Below, one piece after another: positions 10,750 through 20,928 of a stretch of 64,000 nucleotides of DNA. The stretch is from Chthoniobacteraceae bacterium (GTDB taxonomy: Bacteria; Verrucomicrobiota; Verrucomicrobiia; Chthoniobacterales; Chthoniobacteraceae), in NCBI GenBank assembly GCA_031409335.1, contig JANNWY010000012.1, positions 14,803 to 78,802 of the forward strand, given 5' to 3'. Below the pieces are notes generated by a model that saw nothing but the letters and a program-made list of their open reading frames with translations, made no database searches and had not been told where the DNA came from. Position 1 is the stretch's first letter. The number at the start of each line of letters is the position of its first letter. A program made the translations under genes and the position numbers.

Positions 10750-10866
10750 GCGGAAAACCTACCGCGAAGATCGCGCTTCCCGCGAGTCACAAATCGCGCG
10801 GCGACGCAATCAACGCGAAAACTTTTCGCTGGCCAGCCGCCGCACCCCGTTTGAAAGTCCCCGCCC

Positions 10867-11451
10867 ATGCCCGCAGAAGCACACATCTCAACCACCTGGA
10901 AGCGACAGAAACTTCTTGTCGGCATTTTCGTCATTGCCTTCGGGTGCTGGTTCCTTTTCGACGGCTTCATAACCTGGCCGAAAAGCAACGTGCGCTGGGA
11001 CGCTTACGAAAAGCACAAGGTCGAGGAACGGCTCACGGAGTGGCCGGACTACGCGGCAGCCCAGGGTTGGGTCGAGGAACCGCCGCACAAACGGTATGAA
11101 CGCAAGGATATGATCGGGCAGTTCGTCTGCGGGTCCGTCCTCTGCGTGCTCGGTGGCATCGTGCTCATCTATTGGTTCACGCAGATTCGTCGGACGGTTC
11201 GCACCGATGGGGAAGCCGTTTACACCGCCGCCGGGACGCGCGTGCCGTTTTCCGCGATTACTGGTATCGGGCTGAAGCAATGGGATTCCAAAGGGATCGC
11301 GCGGATCCGGTACGAGATCGACGGGCGGCGCGGCGAGTTCGTGGTGGATGACTACAAGTTCGACACGGAGCCGTCGCGGACGATCCTCAGCGAGATCAAG
11401 GAAAAGCTCGTCGCGAAAACGGGTGACACCGACGCGGTAAAACCGGCGTAG
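10867..11451 (+). CDS. Hypothetical membrane protein (2 TM plus PH-like C-terminus)
   Basis: Coding-like ORF with two hydrophobic helices. Confidence 0.65.
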   Translation: MPAEAHISTTWKRQKLLVGIFVIAFGCWFLFDGFITWPKSNVRWDAYEKHKVEERLTEWPDYAAAQGWVEEPPHKRYERKDMIGQFVCGSVLCVLGGIVLIYWFTQIRRTVRTDGEAVYTAAGTRVPFSAITGIGLKQWDSKGIARIRYEIDGRRGEFVVDDYKFDTEPSRTILSEIKEKLVAKTGDTDAVKPA

Positions 11452-12699
11452 TTACTTCCGCAGGAAGACGAACAGGCCGCGTTTGTTTCCCACCAGCACG
11501 TCCGGCTTTTTGTCGCCGTTCATGTCGCCAGCCATGACTTGCGTGCCGACTCCCGAGGCATCGTCGATTTGGTGCGCGACGTAGCTCGCAGTCCTGCCTT
11601 CGCGCTTCAGTTCAAACCAGTAAAGCACCGGCGTTCCATTCGGATCGGGATCACCCGCGGGGCCGTGCGCCCAAAACCGTTTGCCGGTCACGATGTCCTT
11701 CAAGCCATCGCCGTTCATGTCCACGAGATCGAGCGCGTGGAGCTGGGAAAATGCGACGCCCTGTGGATTCTGATCGGGCTTCTCGCCGATGATCTGATGC
11801 TTCGTCCAGCCGACGGCCCCGCCCTCATTTGTCTGCTCGAACCACGCGAGTCCGTAACCATGCGCGGCGAGGCTCGTGATGACATCGTTTTTCCCGTCGC
11901 CATTCACGTCGTAGGCGAACATCTGCGCGCCACCGCCGCCAAAAAGCGCGTCGTGTTTTTTCCACACCGGATCGCCCGCGAGCGAGGCGGGCTGCTCCCA
12001 CCAGCCGTCCTTTTCCAGGATGTCCATCTTCCCGTCCCCGTTCACGTCGCCCACGCCGATGCCGTGGGTGAAGCGCTGCCACGCGCCCTTCGGCGAGATG
12101 TTGTGCCACTTGAATTTTTCACCCGGATTCTTCGGATCGAATTCCGCGTAGCCAAAATAGCCGCCCGAGTTGCAGACGATCTCCGGCCTGCCGTCGCCGG
12201 TGATGTCCGCGAAAGTCGGCGATTCGTTGTCAGTCACATCCAGCGCGACGTGCTGAGTCCACGCGCCGCCCTTTTCCTTCGGGTTTTCGTACCACCAGCT
12301 TTGTTCGCCGGGAAATCCGAGAATCAAAATGTCCGTCCAGCCGTCCGCGTTGAAATCGTGGGTGTAAGCCAGAAAGTTTTTCGAGTAATCGTTCTCATTG
12401 CTCAACGCTCCCTTGAAGCCAGGAATCTTCTCCTCGGTCCCATCCGGCTTCTTGATTGTCGAAGTCTTTGAGTCATCGGAATAGGTGTGCGACTCCGTGA
12501 ACGCAGGCCCTTCCCACCAATGCGGTCCGTAAACGACGTCCATTTTCCCGTCCTTGTTGAAATCGCCAAACACCGCGCCCTCCGCCCAAAAATGTTTCGA
12601 GATGTGCTGTCGGCTAAATTCGCCGGATGGAACCGGCGATGGCTCGGCGTGAATGGTCGCGACTGACGCGAGGAGGATGAATGGGTGAAGGTTTTTCAT
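11452..12699 (-). CDS. Secreted FG-GAP/VCBS repeat protein
   Basis: Repeated D-x-N-G-D-G-x-x-D motifs; signal peptide. Confidence 0.85.
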   Translation of the reverse strand: MKNLHPFILLASVATIHAEPSPVPSGEFSRQHISKHFWAEGAVFGDFNKDGKMDVVYGPHWWEGPAFTESHTYSDDSKTSTIKKPDGTEEKIPGFKGALSNENDYSKNFLAYTHDFNADGWTDILILGFPGEQSWWYENPKEKGGAWTQHVALDVTDNESPTFADITGDGRPEIVCNSGGYFGYAEFDPKNPGEKFKWHNISPKGAWQRFTHGIGVGDVNGDGKMDILEKDGWWEQPASLAGDPVWKKHDALFGGGGAQMFAYDVNGDGKNDVITSLAAHGYGLAWFEQTNEGGAVGWTKHQIIGEKPDQNPQGVAFSQLHALDLVDMNGDGLKDIVTGKRFWAHGPAGDPDPNGTPVLYWFELKREGRTASYVAHQIDDASGVGTQVMAGDMNGDKKPDVLVGNKRGLFVFLRK

Positions 12700-12784
12700 G
12701 GGTTGAACCAGTTAATTGCGGATGGGTCCGGTTGTTAGGCGGGTCGGCCTTCAAAGTCCACGCTGGACTGGCAGGACAACCCAG

Positions 12785-13036
12785 CTATCGCGCGCGTTGC
12801 TTGAGTTGCTTCGCGGGATCCCATCCGGCAGGCGCGGGCTGCCCGACGCTGGCCCATGCCATCCCGCGTTTCACCCAATCCTTCCGCCACGCGGCAGGCG
12901 AGCGCCCGTCATCGTCTTCCGTGACGCCTGGCTGGAAGCCGCAGCTCGGACAAATCTCGTAGGACCCACCGCCCGACTTGGTGCGCGGAGCTTCTTTCAA
13001 ATGCGGCCAGTGGCAGGCAGGGCAGACGTGTTTCAT
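12785..13036 (-). CDS. Small Cys-rich CPCC-like protein, candidate immunity protein
   Basis: MKHVCPAC...YEICPSCGF...DDD; starts 7 bp after the upstream gene stop. Confidence 0.65.
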   Translation of the reverse strand: MKHVCPACHWPHLKEAPRTKSGGGSYEICPSCGFQPGVTEDDDGRSPAAWRKDWVKRGMAWASVGQPAPAGWDPAKQLKQRAR

Positions 13037-13043
13037 GGCGAAA

Positions 13044-13775
13044 TCAAGGCTTCGGAACGGCGATGGCTCGACCTGGCTGGCGCGAGAAGTAATCGCGACT
13101 GTTTGGTTTGAAGTAAGTCTTGGTCGTGCCATCCGAATTGTATGCCGCGAAGGCTCCCGACTTTGGATCGAACACCCGCCGCGTCCCGTCATCGTCCACT
13201 TTCACGAGCAGCCCGCCTTGCTTCGATCGCTCCCCTAACTGCCACGCCATCCGCGCGTATTCATCCGCATCCTTCGCGCGAAAATCCGCGCCGTGCCGCG
13301 CGAAATGATCGGCCAGCGACGCCATGTTTCCCCAGGTTTCGCGCGTGGGTGGCGTGGCTTGCGGCGCGAAGATTTTCGCCAGCACCGACTTCGACCGGGG
13401 CGCGACGGGCGGGCTGGTGGCCGGTGAAGACGACGGCGCGGAAGCAGCGGTCGCCGCTGAGGCCGACGCGACGAATTCTCCCGTCGCCAGTTTCTTGCGA
13501 GCGGTGCCGACGGCGAAAAAATAGCGGGCTCCGGGCTTCAATCCCGTGAGCGTCACTTCATGGGCCGCCGTCACTCCACCTTCGGCGCGTTCGGTGAGTT
13601 GATCGGGCGCGAGGCCATAGCTCACGCGCGTCCCGGTTTCGACATCGGTCTTCCATGAAACGACCGCCGACTTCTCCGACACCACCGTGATTTTCGGCAC
13701 ACCCACCAACTCCGCGGCGAACGCGGGAATGGTCAGGATGAAGCTCGCGAGAAGGATCAGGAGGCGATGGGACAT
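13044..13775 (-). CDS. Secreted protein: FN3/purple-acid-phosphatase-N-like domain, Ala/Ser/Pro linker, RNase-toxin-like C-terminus
   Basis: AVVSWKTD...VSYG...HEVTLTGLKPGARYFF; C-terminal DHFARHGADF...FDPKSGAFAAYNSDGTTKTYFKP. Confidence 0.65.
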   Translation of the reverse strand: MSHRLLILLASFILTIPAFAAELVGVPKITVVSEKSAVVSWKTDVETGTRVSYGLAPDQLTERAEGGVTAAHEVTLTGLKPGARYFFAVGTARKKLATGEFVASASAATAASAPSSSPATSPPVAPRSKSVLAKIFAPQATPPTRETWGNMASLADHFARHGADFRAKDADEYARMAWQLGERSKQGGLLVKVDDDGTRRVFDPKSGAFAAYNSDGTTKTYFKPNSRDYFSRQPGRAIAVPKP

Positions 13776-13783
13776 GCAGTTTG

Positions 13784-15034
13784 TTAGGGCGTGGGGCGGA
13801 CGGTGACGAGGACGCTGTCGAGTTCCGGATAGGTGTCGTAGGCTTGGAAAAAGAGCGATTTGAAAACCGTGTTGCCGAACAGATGCGTGGCGATGCTCAG
13901 GTTCATGACGGCGGGTCCGAGTTGCGGTTCATCCCGCAGCGTGAAGGGCTGCCAAAGCCCGGCGGTGCGATTCCAGATGGCGGGGGTGACGGTGACGCTG
14001 TCGCCGCCAGCCCAGTGGACGATCATGCAGAATTTCTCGACGACTTGCGGATTCGGAAACGTGGCGAACGGCGGCTCCACAAATAAATTTGGATCGTTGG
14101 GAAGCTGCCAGCCTGGGTCGCAATACAACACGCCCCACGTGCCAGGCCGGACATTTAGCGCGACGCGCGCCGGCTCGGGATAGGTGAGCACGGGGACGTC
14201 GGTGAAGTTCAAATACATGTAGAACTTGCTCTCCTCCGGCCCTGCGGCGGCGACGCTTTTGAATCCCCAATAGACGACGATATCGCCGTCGCGCACGTCT
14301 GGCGGGTCATCGAAAAAATAGGTGATCTGTGCCCAGTTTTCGCCGGGAGGCGAAGAGATGAATCCGTTTTGCGCCACCATGCGATCTGACTGAAAACGCG
14401 ACCCGTGTGTGAAGCTCTCGGCAAAGATAGGCTGATCCGCCGGGTCGAGCGAAAACTCGCCAGTCACTTCGGCGAGCGTGTCCGAATCCGTGCCGCGCCG
14501 CCACTCCGCCCAATCCGCGACGCCATCTGCATCCGCGTCATTTTCCTCCACCTCGAGTCGGAAAAAATGATCCGCCAGCACCGGCAATCGCGGGATCGCA
14601 ATGGTGGAAAGTTGATGATCGAGCGGGCTCAAAAACGTCGAACCTTCCACCGGCGTCCAGCCAGACGCGCCCGGCGTTGACGACGAGAGTATGCGATATT
14701 TTTTCGTCCTCTCAGCGACAAAACTGAACACGATGGATTCGCCGACCATCTCCACCTGCGACACTTTCACGCCGTCGTTCGGATCCTTGGGATTGGTGCC
14801 CGCGATGGATTCCGCGACATTGGAAATCCCGTCGCCATCCTCGTCCGCAAGCGGCGCAAGGCCCCAGCCGTCGAAGAAATTCTGCCACACATCATTCAGC
14901 CCATCCGGGATGCCATCGCCTGGAGCGTTCGTGCCGGTGTCGGTGATCGCATGAATGTCCCCCAATCCAACGCCCAGCAGGACGGCCGATAACGCCCATC
15001 GCCGCGCAGTCATCGGAAAGGGAAAATGCGGCAT
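13784..15034 (-). CDS. Secreted hypothetical protein with TSP3-like Ca-binding DxDxDG motifs
   Basis: DEDGDGISNVAE..GTNP and DADADGVADWAE..GTD; signal peptide. Confidence 0.6.
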   Translation of the reverse strand: MPHFPFPMTARRWALSAVLLGVGLGDIHAITDTGTNAPGDGIPDGLNDVWQNFFDGWGLAPLADEDGDGISNVAESIAGTNPKDPNDGVKVSQVEMVGESIVFSFVAERTKKYRILSSSTPGASGWTPVEGSTFLSPLDHQLSTIAIPRLPVLADHFFRLEVEENDADADGVADWAEWRRGTDSDTLAEVTGEFSLDPADQPIFAESFTHGSRFQSDRMVAQNGFISSPPGENWAQITYFFDDPPDVRDGDIVVYWGFKSVAAAGPEESKFYMYLNFTDVPVLTYPEPARVALNVRPGTWGVLYCDPGWQLPNDPNLFVEPPFATFPNPQVVEKFCMIVHWAGGDSVTVTPAIWNRTAGLWQPFTLRDEPQLGPAVMNLSIATHLFGNTVFKSLFFQAYDTYPELDSVLVTVRPTP

Positions 15035-15134
15035 CGCCGGGAAAGTATTGGAGGTCAGTTCCGCGGCAAGGTGAAACCCGAACGACAGTATTTCCCGGAT
15101 TGCATTGGCGCCGCGATTCGTTCAGGAAGTGCGC

Positions 15135-15545
15135 ATGAAATCCATCCTCCCGTTCGCCCTCGTGACCGCCGTTCTCGCAGTTTCCGCAATGCCAGTGTCC
15201 GCGGCGGACGCTCCAAAGCCGCTCGACACCATCGTTGACAAAGCGATGAAGGGTTACAACGACGGCGACGCGAAGGTCTTCTTTGCCGACTACGCGAAAC
15301 TCCTGGCCGCTGTGGCAACGCCGGCGACTTTCGATGCGCTCTACAAAAATGCCGCGATGAAAGAGTTCGGGAAGTTTGTGTCGAAGAAGCTGGTCGCCGG
15401 TCAATCGGTTGTCGAAGGCGAGACGCCACTGCTGGTTTACGAGGCAAAGTTTGAGAAGAATCCGCGCGTCAAACTCGCGGTGAATTTCATGCAGGAAGAG
15501 GGCAAGCCAAAGGTGATGCAGGTGACGATCGAGAAATTCCAGTAG
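15135..15545 (+). CDS. Secreted hypothetical protein
   Basis: MKSILPFALV signal peptide; coding-like codon usage. Confidence 0.65.
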   Translation: MKSILPFALVTAVLAVSAMPVSAADAPKPLDTIVDKAMKGYNDGDAKVFFADYAKLLAAVATPATFDALYKNAAMKEFGKFVSKKLVAGQSVVEGETPLLVYEAKFEKNPRVKLAVNFMQEEGKPKVMQVTIEKFQ

Positions 15546-15665
15546 CGTTCGACCGAGCCTGCCCGCGCGAAAAAAACGCCGCCGCAAAGGTGTGCCGGGG
15601 CTGCTCGAAATCGCGGCTGCATTCGCCCTTGCCGGAGGTGGTTCGTCCCTTACAGTCGCGCCCCG

Positions 15666-18600
15666 ATGTTGTCTGGAATTCCCGATTTTGCGCGCTCCGC
15701 CGCGCTCGATTACCTGCGCACGTTTCCGCGTGCGATGGTGCAGCGCGGGGAGGAATATGTCTCGCGCAAGCGGGTGCAAAAGGTGATGCCGTTGAAGGAG
15801 CGGATTGGTTTCGTCGCGGAAGTCACGGGCACGCTCGACTACGAAGTGCTCGCGACTTTCGATCAGAAAACTGGCCGGTGGGATTGCGAGTGTGACTGCC
15901 CGGTCGGCATCCAGTGCAAGCACTGCTACGCGGCGATGAAGACGATGGTCATCCAAAGCGTGGCGGTCGCCGCCGAGCAATCGGCACCCCCGATGCCGCC
16001 TCCGACCGGGCCGCTCGCGGACGCACTCGCGCAGGCTGCGGGCAGAAAGTTGAACGAGGAAGAAAACGAATATCTCCATCGGGTCGGGTCCGTTTTTGCC
16101 AAAGCGAAACAGGCTCATGGCATCCTGGTGAATGATTTTTCGACGCTCGGTTTCAAGATTCCCGGATTCCATTGGGATCGCGTCGCCGCGTGGCCGTCGC
16201 TGCCGGCAAATGAACTCGAATTCTGGCACTACATCGCGCTTTTCGTCGAAGCGGCGGGCGCGAGCGTGCCGCGCGTGATGCGGCCACTGGAAGTGCCGGA
16301 TGCGGTGCGCGCGCGCGTGGCAAAGTGGCGGCGCGGACTCGAAGTGGAGCGTTGGAAAAGGCTGCTCTCGCGCCTGCCGGAAGCGGAACCGGAAATGCCG
16401 CCGGGCGAATACGATTTGCGGGTGCGCTTTTTTTCGGATGAGGCAGTCGTGGAGGCAAAGCGACCGGGGACGACGGAGTTTGAGCCAATGAAGGCGGCGG
16501 CGTTCAAGCAACTGCCGGATGTGCTGACCAGCGCGCTCACGCCCGAGGCAGCGTTGCTGCGCCAGCTTTTGGAGGAGCGCGCGGACTTTGGTTACGCGCC
16601 AGCATTGCGGTATCTCGAGCAGACTGCCACCGAAGTGCTTTCGGAAATGCTGCGCGTGCCGTGGCTGGAAAGCCGGCTCATCGGCGAGTCCGGTCGGCCG
16701 CTCGCGCGTCCGGCGGAGCCACTGCGCTGGCAGCTCGATCCGGCGGCGGATGAGTCTGGCGACTATCGCCTGCGCCTGGTGCAGCCCGACGGTCAGGGCG
16801 CGGAAAATTTCCTGCTCGTCGTGGAAGGCACGCCCACACTTTACCTCACGCGCGACACGCTCTGGCGCGGGCCGCTGCTCGACGCGCACGCGCTCACGCC
16901 GGGCGAGGAGGCGCGCATCCCCGCGCCCGCGCTCGAGACCGGACACGGCGTTCGTTTTCTACGAAAGCACGGCGTCGATCTGCCGCCGCGACTCCAGCAG
17001 CGCGTGCGCACGGTCGTCGTAAAGCCGCGACTGCGCTGCGAAATCCAGCCGACGTATCCGGGGGCGAAGGAGGAAACCTGCGTCATCCACGTGCTGGCGG
17101 AGTCCGAGGATGCGAGTTCGACGTTTGTATTCGTTCGCGACGAGTGGGTCGAGACGAGCCCCGAAAAGGCGAAGAAAGACTCGCTGATTTTCCACGATCG
17201 CGCCGCGCTCGCCGGAGTGCCCGCGCTGCTGGAGCCGCTGCGGCTCAAGTGGGATTCCTTCGCGCGGCATTTTCATTTCAAGGTGACGAAAAAGTTCGCC
17301 GACGTATTCGGGACATGGCTCGCGGGCCTGCCGCCGGGACTGGCCGTCGAGCTGATGGGCGACCTCGCATCGTTCCAAAGCGCCGCAATATCCGGCTCGG
17401 TGCGGCTCGGCGTGGAGGAGGCGGATTTGGATTGGTTCGACCTGCGCGTGGTGCTCGACGTTTCCGACACGCAGCTCACGAAACTGGAGTTGAAGCTGCT
17501 GCTCGATGCCGGTGGAAAATGGGTGCGGCTTGGCAACAAAGGCTGGCGCAGGCTGGAGTTCAAGCTCTCCGACGAAGACGACGAACAGCTCTCGCGTCTC
17601 GGGCTGAACCCGCGCGATCTTTCCAGCGAACCGCAGCGCATGCACGCGCTGCAACTCGCCGATCCCGCGGCGAAACGCTTCCTGCCGCAGGAGCAATACG
17701 AAAGCGTGCAGCGCCGCGCGAGCGAACTGCAAACGCGCGTGACACCCCCGGTCCCCGCTGCGATCCGCGCCGATCTGCGACCGTATCAACTCGAAGGTTT
17801 CCACTTCCTCGCCTACCTGAGCACGAACCGTTTCGGCGGCGTGCTCGCCGACGACATGGGCCTTGGAAAAACCGTGCAAACACTGACGTGGCTCGCGTGG
17901 CTCCGTGATTCTGGAAACCAGAAAACGCCCTCCCTCGTCGTCTGTCCGAAAAGCGTGGCCGACAACTGGCGCGCCGAGGTCGAGCGCTTCCTGCCGGACT
18001 TGCGCGTGCGGGTATGGGGCCGGCTCGACCTCGGGAAACTGCCGAAGGAAACCGCCAGCGCCGATTTGCACGTCATCAACTACGCGCAGCTTCGCAGCCT
18101 TGAAAAAGAGATCATCGCGATCCCATTCCTAGCCGTGATTTTGGATGAAGGCCAGTTCATCAAGAACCCCGACTCCACCACGGCCAAGCTCGCGCGCGGT
18201 CTGCGCTCCGAGCATCGCCTGATTCTCAGCGGCACGCCGATCGAAAATCGCCTGCTCGATTTGTGGAGCCTCATGGCTTTCGCGATGCCCGGCATCCTCG
18301 GTCAGCGCGCCGCATTTGCCCGCACCTACGATGCGAAGGAAGACCCGTTCGCGCGCCGCCGCCTCGCCGCCCGCGTCCGTCCGTTCGTCCTCCGCCGCAC
18401 GAAAGGCCAGGTCGCCAAGGATCTGCCCGATCGCATCGAGGAGGATCTCTACTGCGAACTCGAGGGCGAACAGAAGACGCTCTACCGCGCCGAACTCAAA
18501 CGCGCGCAGCAGATGCTCTTGCGCGTGGACACCCAAAAACAGCTCGCGAAAGAACGCTTCCACTTTCTCACCTCGCTCCTGCGCCTCCGCCAAATCTGCT

Positions 18601-19145
18601 GCCACCCGCGCCTCATCAAGCCCGATTCCAAAGCAGAAAGCGCCAAGCTCGAATCGCTGCTCGACACCCTCGAACCGCTCATCGAGGAAGGCCACAAGGT
18701 CCTCGTTTTTTCGCAGTTCGTGGAAATGCTCGGCATCGTCCGCGAGTCGATCGAGGCCCGCGGCTGGCCAATGTTTTACCTCGCGGGCGACACGGAAAAT
18801 CGCGGCGATCTCGTCAGAGAATTTCAGGCAGCCGAGGGTTCCGCCGTTTTCCTGATCTCGCTGAAAGCAGGCGGCTTTGGGCTGAATCTCACCGCCGCGA
18901 GTTACGTCGTGCTTTTCGATCCGTGGTGGAATCCCGCCGTCGAAAACCAGGCGATCGACCGCACGCACCGCATCGGTCAGGTGAACAAAGTCATCGCCTA
19001 CCGCCTGTTGATCAAAAACAGCATCGAGGAAAAAATCCGCGCCCTGCAAAAGCAAAAGAGCGGCCTCGCGGATGATGTGCTCGGCGAAGAAAAATTCGCG
19101 CAAAGCCTGTCACTCGACGACCTGCACTTTCTATTTTCGGAATGA
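15666..19145 (+). CDS. SWIM zinc-finger SNF2-family helicase
   Basis: CECDCPVGIQCKH SWIM; LADDMGLGKT, DEGQ, SGTPIEN, QAIDRTHRIGQ. Confidence 0.93.
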   Translation: MLSGIPDFARSAALDYLRTFPRAMVQRGEEYVSRKRVQKVMPLKERIGFVAEVTGTLDYEVLATFDQKTGRWDCECDCPVGIQCKHCYAAMKTMVIQSVAVAAEQSAPPMPPPTGPLADALAQAAGRKLNEEENEYLHRVGSVFAKAKQAHGILVNDFSTLGFKIPGFHWDRVAAWPSLPANELEFWHYIALFVEAAGASVPRVMRPLEVPDAVRARVAKWRRGLEVERWKRLLSRLPEAEPEMPPGEYDLRVRFFSDEAVVEAKRPGTTEFEPMKAAAFKQLPDVLTSALTPEAALLRQLLEERADFGYAPALRYLEQTATEVLSEMLRVPWLESRLIGESGRPLARPAEPLRWQLDPAADESGDYRLRLVQPDGQGAENFLLVVEGTPTLYLTRDTLWRGPLLDAHALTPGEEARIPAPALETGHGVRFLRKHGVDLPPRLQQRVRTVVVKPRLRCEIQPTYPGAKEETCVIHVLAESEDASSTFVFVRDEWVETSPEKAKKDSLIFHDRAALAGVPALLEPLRLKWDSFARHFHFKVTKKFADVFGTWLAGLPPGLAVELMGDLASFQSAAISGSVRLGVEEADLDWFDLRVVLDVSDTQLTKLELKLLLDAGGKWVRLGNKGWRRLEFKLSDEDDEQLSRLGLNPRDLSSEPQRMHALQLADPAAKRFLPQEQYESVQRRASELQTRVTPPVPAAIRADLRPYQLEGFHFLAYLSTNRFGGVLADDMGLGKTVQTLTWLAWLRDSGNQKTPSLVVCPKSVADNWRAEVERFLPDLRVRVWGRLDLGKLPKETASADLHVINYAQLRSLEKEIIAIPFLAVILDEGQFIKNPDSTTAKLARGLRSEHRLILSGTPIENRLLDLWSLMAFAMPGILGQRAAFARTYDAKEDPFARRRLAARVRPFVLRRTKGQVAKDLPDRIEEDLYCELEGEQKTLYRAELKRAQQMLLRVDTQKQLAKERFHFLTSLLRLRQICCHPRLIKPDSKAESAKLESLLDTLEPLIEEGHKVLVFSQFVEMLGIVRESIEARGWPMFYLAGDTENRGDLVREFQAAEGSAVFLISLKAGGFGLNLTAASYVVLFDPWWNPAVENQAIDRTHRIGQVNKVIAYRLLIKNSIEEKIRALQKQKSGLADDVLGEEKFAQSLSLDDLHFLFSE

Positions 19146-19146
19146 T

Positions 19147-19318
19147 GGGAGGGCGAGCCTCCCGCCGAGCTTTGATCCCAAAAACAGCGATGGAGATTGT
19201 CGCGAAGAACGCGGACGACGTGGAAAACGCGGATGAATTTTGTTTCGAGTCCGCCATTCAAGACCCTGTCTTTCCGCGTCCTCCGTGTCCTCGGCGTCTT
19301 CCGCGGCAACTCCATCGC
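19147..19318. repeat. REP-like half-site plus imperfect long inverted repeat built of 9-mer-like units
   Basis: GGGAGGGCGAGCCTCCCGCCGAGC at 19147; GCGATGGAG...AACGCGGA (about 19187-19233) is an imperfect complement of TCCGCGTCC...CTCCATCGC (about 19273-19318). Confidence 0.6.
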
Positions 19319-19543
19319 GTTTCCAGGTTGATCGGTCTGCTGGGGAATGGCTTGGCGAGAGCCTCGCCTTCCCGTTCGATTTCAAACACTTGCATTGTCG
19401 CCAAATCCCGCGATGGTCGCGGCCCTTTCGCGTAGCCAATTGGCGGCGTGGAGCGCTTCTCGAAAGCTTTTTGAATCCGGTGCGGAATCCTTCCTCACCC
19501 AAACCATTTGCCCGCCCAGCGCGGCACCGCAGTCGTCTCACTT

Positions 19544-19762
19544 ATGGCAGTTGAACAAGTCATCGAAACCGAAGGTAAAATCACATCCGTCCTCGCCGGC
19601 ACCATGTTCCGCGTCGAGCTGGCGAACAAGCATCTCGTGCTCGCGCACATCTCGGGAAAAATGCGGAAACGTTTCATCCGCCTCACGACAGGGGATCGAG
19701 TGAAATTGGAAATGTCGTCGTACGATCTGAACAAGGCCCGGATCGTTTACCGGCTCGGGTAA
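19544..19762 (+). CDS. infA: Translation initiation factor IF-1
   Basis: [23 protein letters not shown]...GDRV. Confidence 0.96.
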   Translation: MAVEQVIETEGKITSVLAGTMFRVELANKHLVLAHISGKMRKRFIRLTTGDRVKLEMSSYDLNKARIVYRLG

Positions 19763-19770
19763 CGCGGTGG

Positions 19771-20646
19771 TCAGCGCTGGCAGAGCCAGCCGAGGCGCAT
19801 CCAGTTGGAGAACCACGCCTGCACTTTCGCGGCGGATTGTTCGGGAAGTTCCTTCGAGTCAGCGAGAGCCTGCGCGCAGGCCGAGTCGAGGGTCTCACCT
19901 TCACGCAATGCGACGAGGAGCCGATACGCGGCGGGGTCGAGTCGCTTGTAGTAAACGGAAAGTTCGTGGCGATGGACGGCCATGTGGAGCGGCTTCTTCC
20001 GCGGGCGCGCGAGCAGGCGTTTGCGACGGCGCGAACGGGTGGCGGCGACGGCGTTGCTGACGCTGCCGGTTTCGATCGTGGCCTCCTTGAGTTTGCCGAG
20101 CAGTTCGTCGATCGGGTGCCACATTTCGATGAGAGTGACGTACGGTTGCACGCCGATCTTGAGCTTGTGCGGCGCTATTTTGGCGATCCGCGCGGGGTCG
20201 AGCCGCGGACGCTCTTCGCCATCGAAAGCGACGATGCGCGCCCACTCGACGCGCACCATTTCCAGCGCGAGTTTCTCGTGCGGCGCGATGAGTTGCGGAT
20301 GCGCGGCGAGGAAGCCTTCGAGCTTTTCCCCGAGATCGCGGAGCGACCACGACATCGACGGACAGCTCTGGATGTAGGCAGTGGCGAGAAGATCGAATTT
20401 CCTCTGCCCGACGACCGCGCGGAGCCCGTGAAAGTCTTCGCCAAAATTGCCGAGCAGCCGCCACCAGTATTGCTGATTGTAGATCTGAAGGCGTTGGAAG
20501 GAATCGAGCCGGTCGTTCGGCTTGATGATGCGCGCGGCGACTTCGGAGTTATCGCGCTGCATCCCCTCGCCGGGCGTGAGCGGGCGCATGATCGCAGCAG
20601 CCATCGCGCGCTGGATGTCGGCGAGCCGGGGCGTGGAGTTTTTCAT
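19771..20646 (-). CDS. MNIO partner protein (DUF2063 / BufC-HvfC-like)
   Basis: RLQIYNQQYWWRL...DFHGLRAVVG..F; follows DUF692 gene. Confidence 0.8.
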   Translation of the reverse strand: MKNSTPRLADIQRAMAAAIMRPLTPGEGMQRDNSEVAARIIKPNDRLDSFQRLQIYNQQYWWRLLGNFGEDFHGLRAVVGQRKFDLLATAYIQSCPSMSWSLRDLGEKLEGFLAAHPQLIAPHEKLALEMVRVEWARIVAFDGEERPRLDPARIAKIAPHKLKIGVQPYVTLIEMWHPIDELLGKLKEATIETGSVSNAVAATRSRRRKRLLARPRKKPLHMAVHRHELSVYYKRLDPAAYRLLVALREGETLDSACAQALADSKELPEQSAAKVQAWFSNWMRLGWLCQR

Positions 20647-20679
20647 GTTGATGAACGCCCCGAAACCACGAAGTCGGCA

Positions 20680-20871
20680 GCGCCAAAGGCGCGATTCATC
20701 CCAGCCTGGGGCAACGCCCCAGGAACATCGAAACGAAGTGAGCGAGGGCTGAAAGCCCGGCCCATTGCCGCGACCACGCAAAGATAGGTCGGGCTTTCAG
20801 CCCTCAGGTCCTGCGACCGAATTTTCCTGGGGCGTTGCCCTGGGCTGGGATGGTTGCGGGCCTTTGGCCCT
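20680..20871. repeat. Nested palindromic REP/REPIN-like element
   Basis: CCAGCCTGGGGCAACGCCCCAGG pairs with CCTGGGGCGTTGCCCTGGGCTGG; inner GAGGGCTGAAAGCCCG pairs with CGGGCTTTCAGCCCTC. Confidence 0.8.
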
Positions 20872-20928
20872 CCGTGGCGATGTGCATCACCGGCTTGGCG
20901 CAGCAAGGGTGCCGATTCATTGCGGCTG

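Noticed and set aside
14892..16946. 684-aa minus-strand ORF and other long antisense ORFs (e.g. 438-2069, 48616-50199, 56983-58449, 59208-60830)
   Set aside because: Shadow frames of well-supported genes in GC-rich DNA; no recognisable motifs.
20647..20781. N-terminal extension of the DUF2063 ORF
   Set aside because: It is translation through the REP element; ATG at 20646 is the likelier start.
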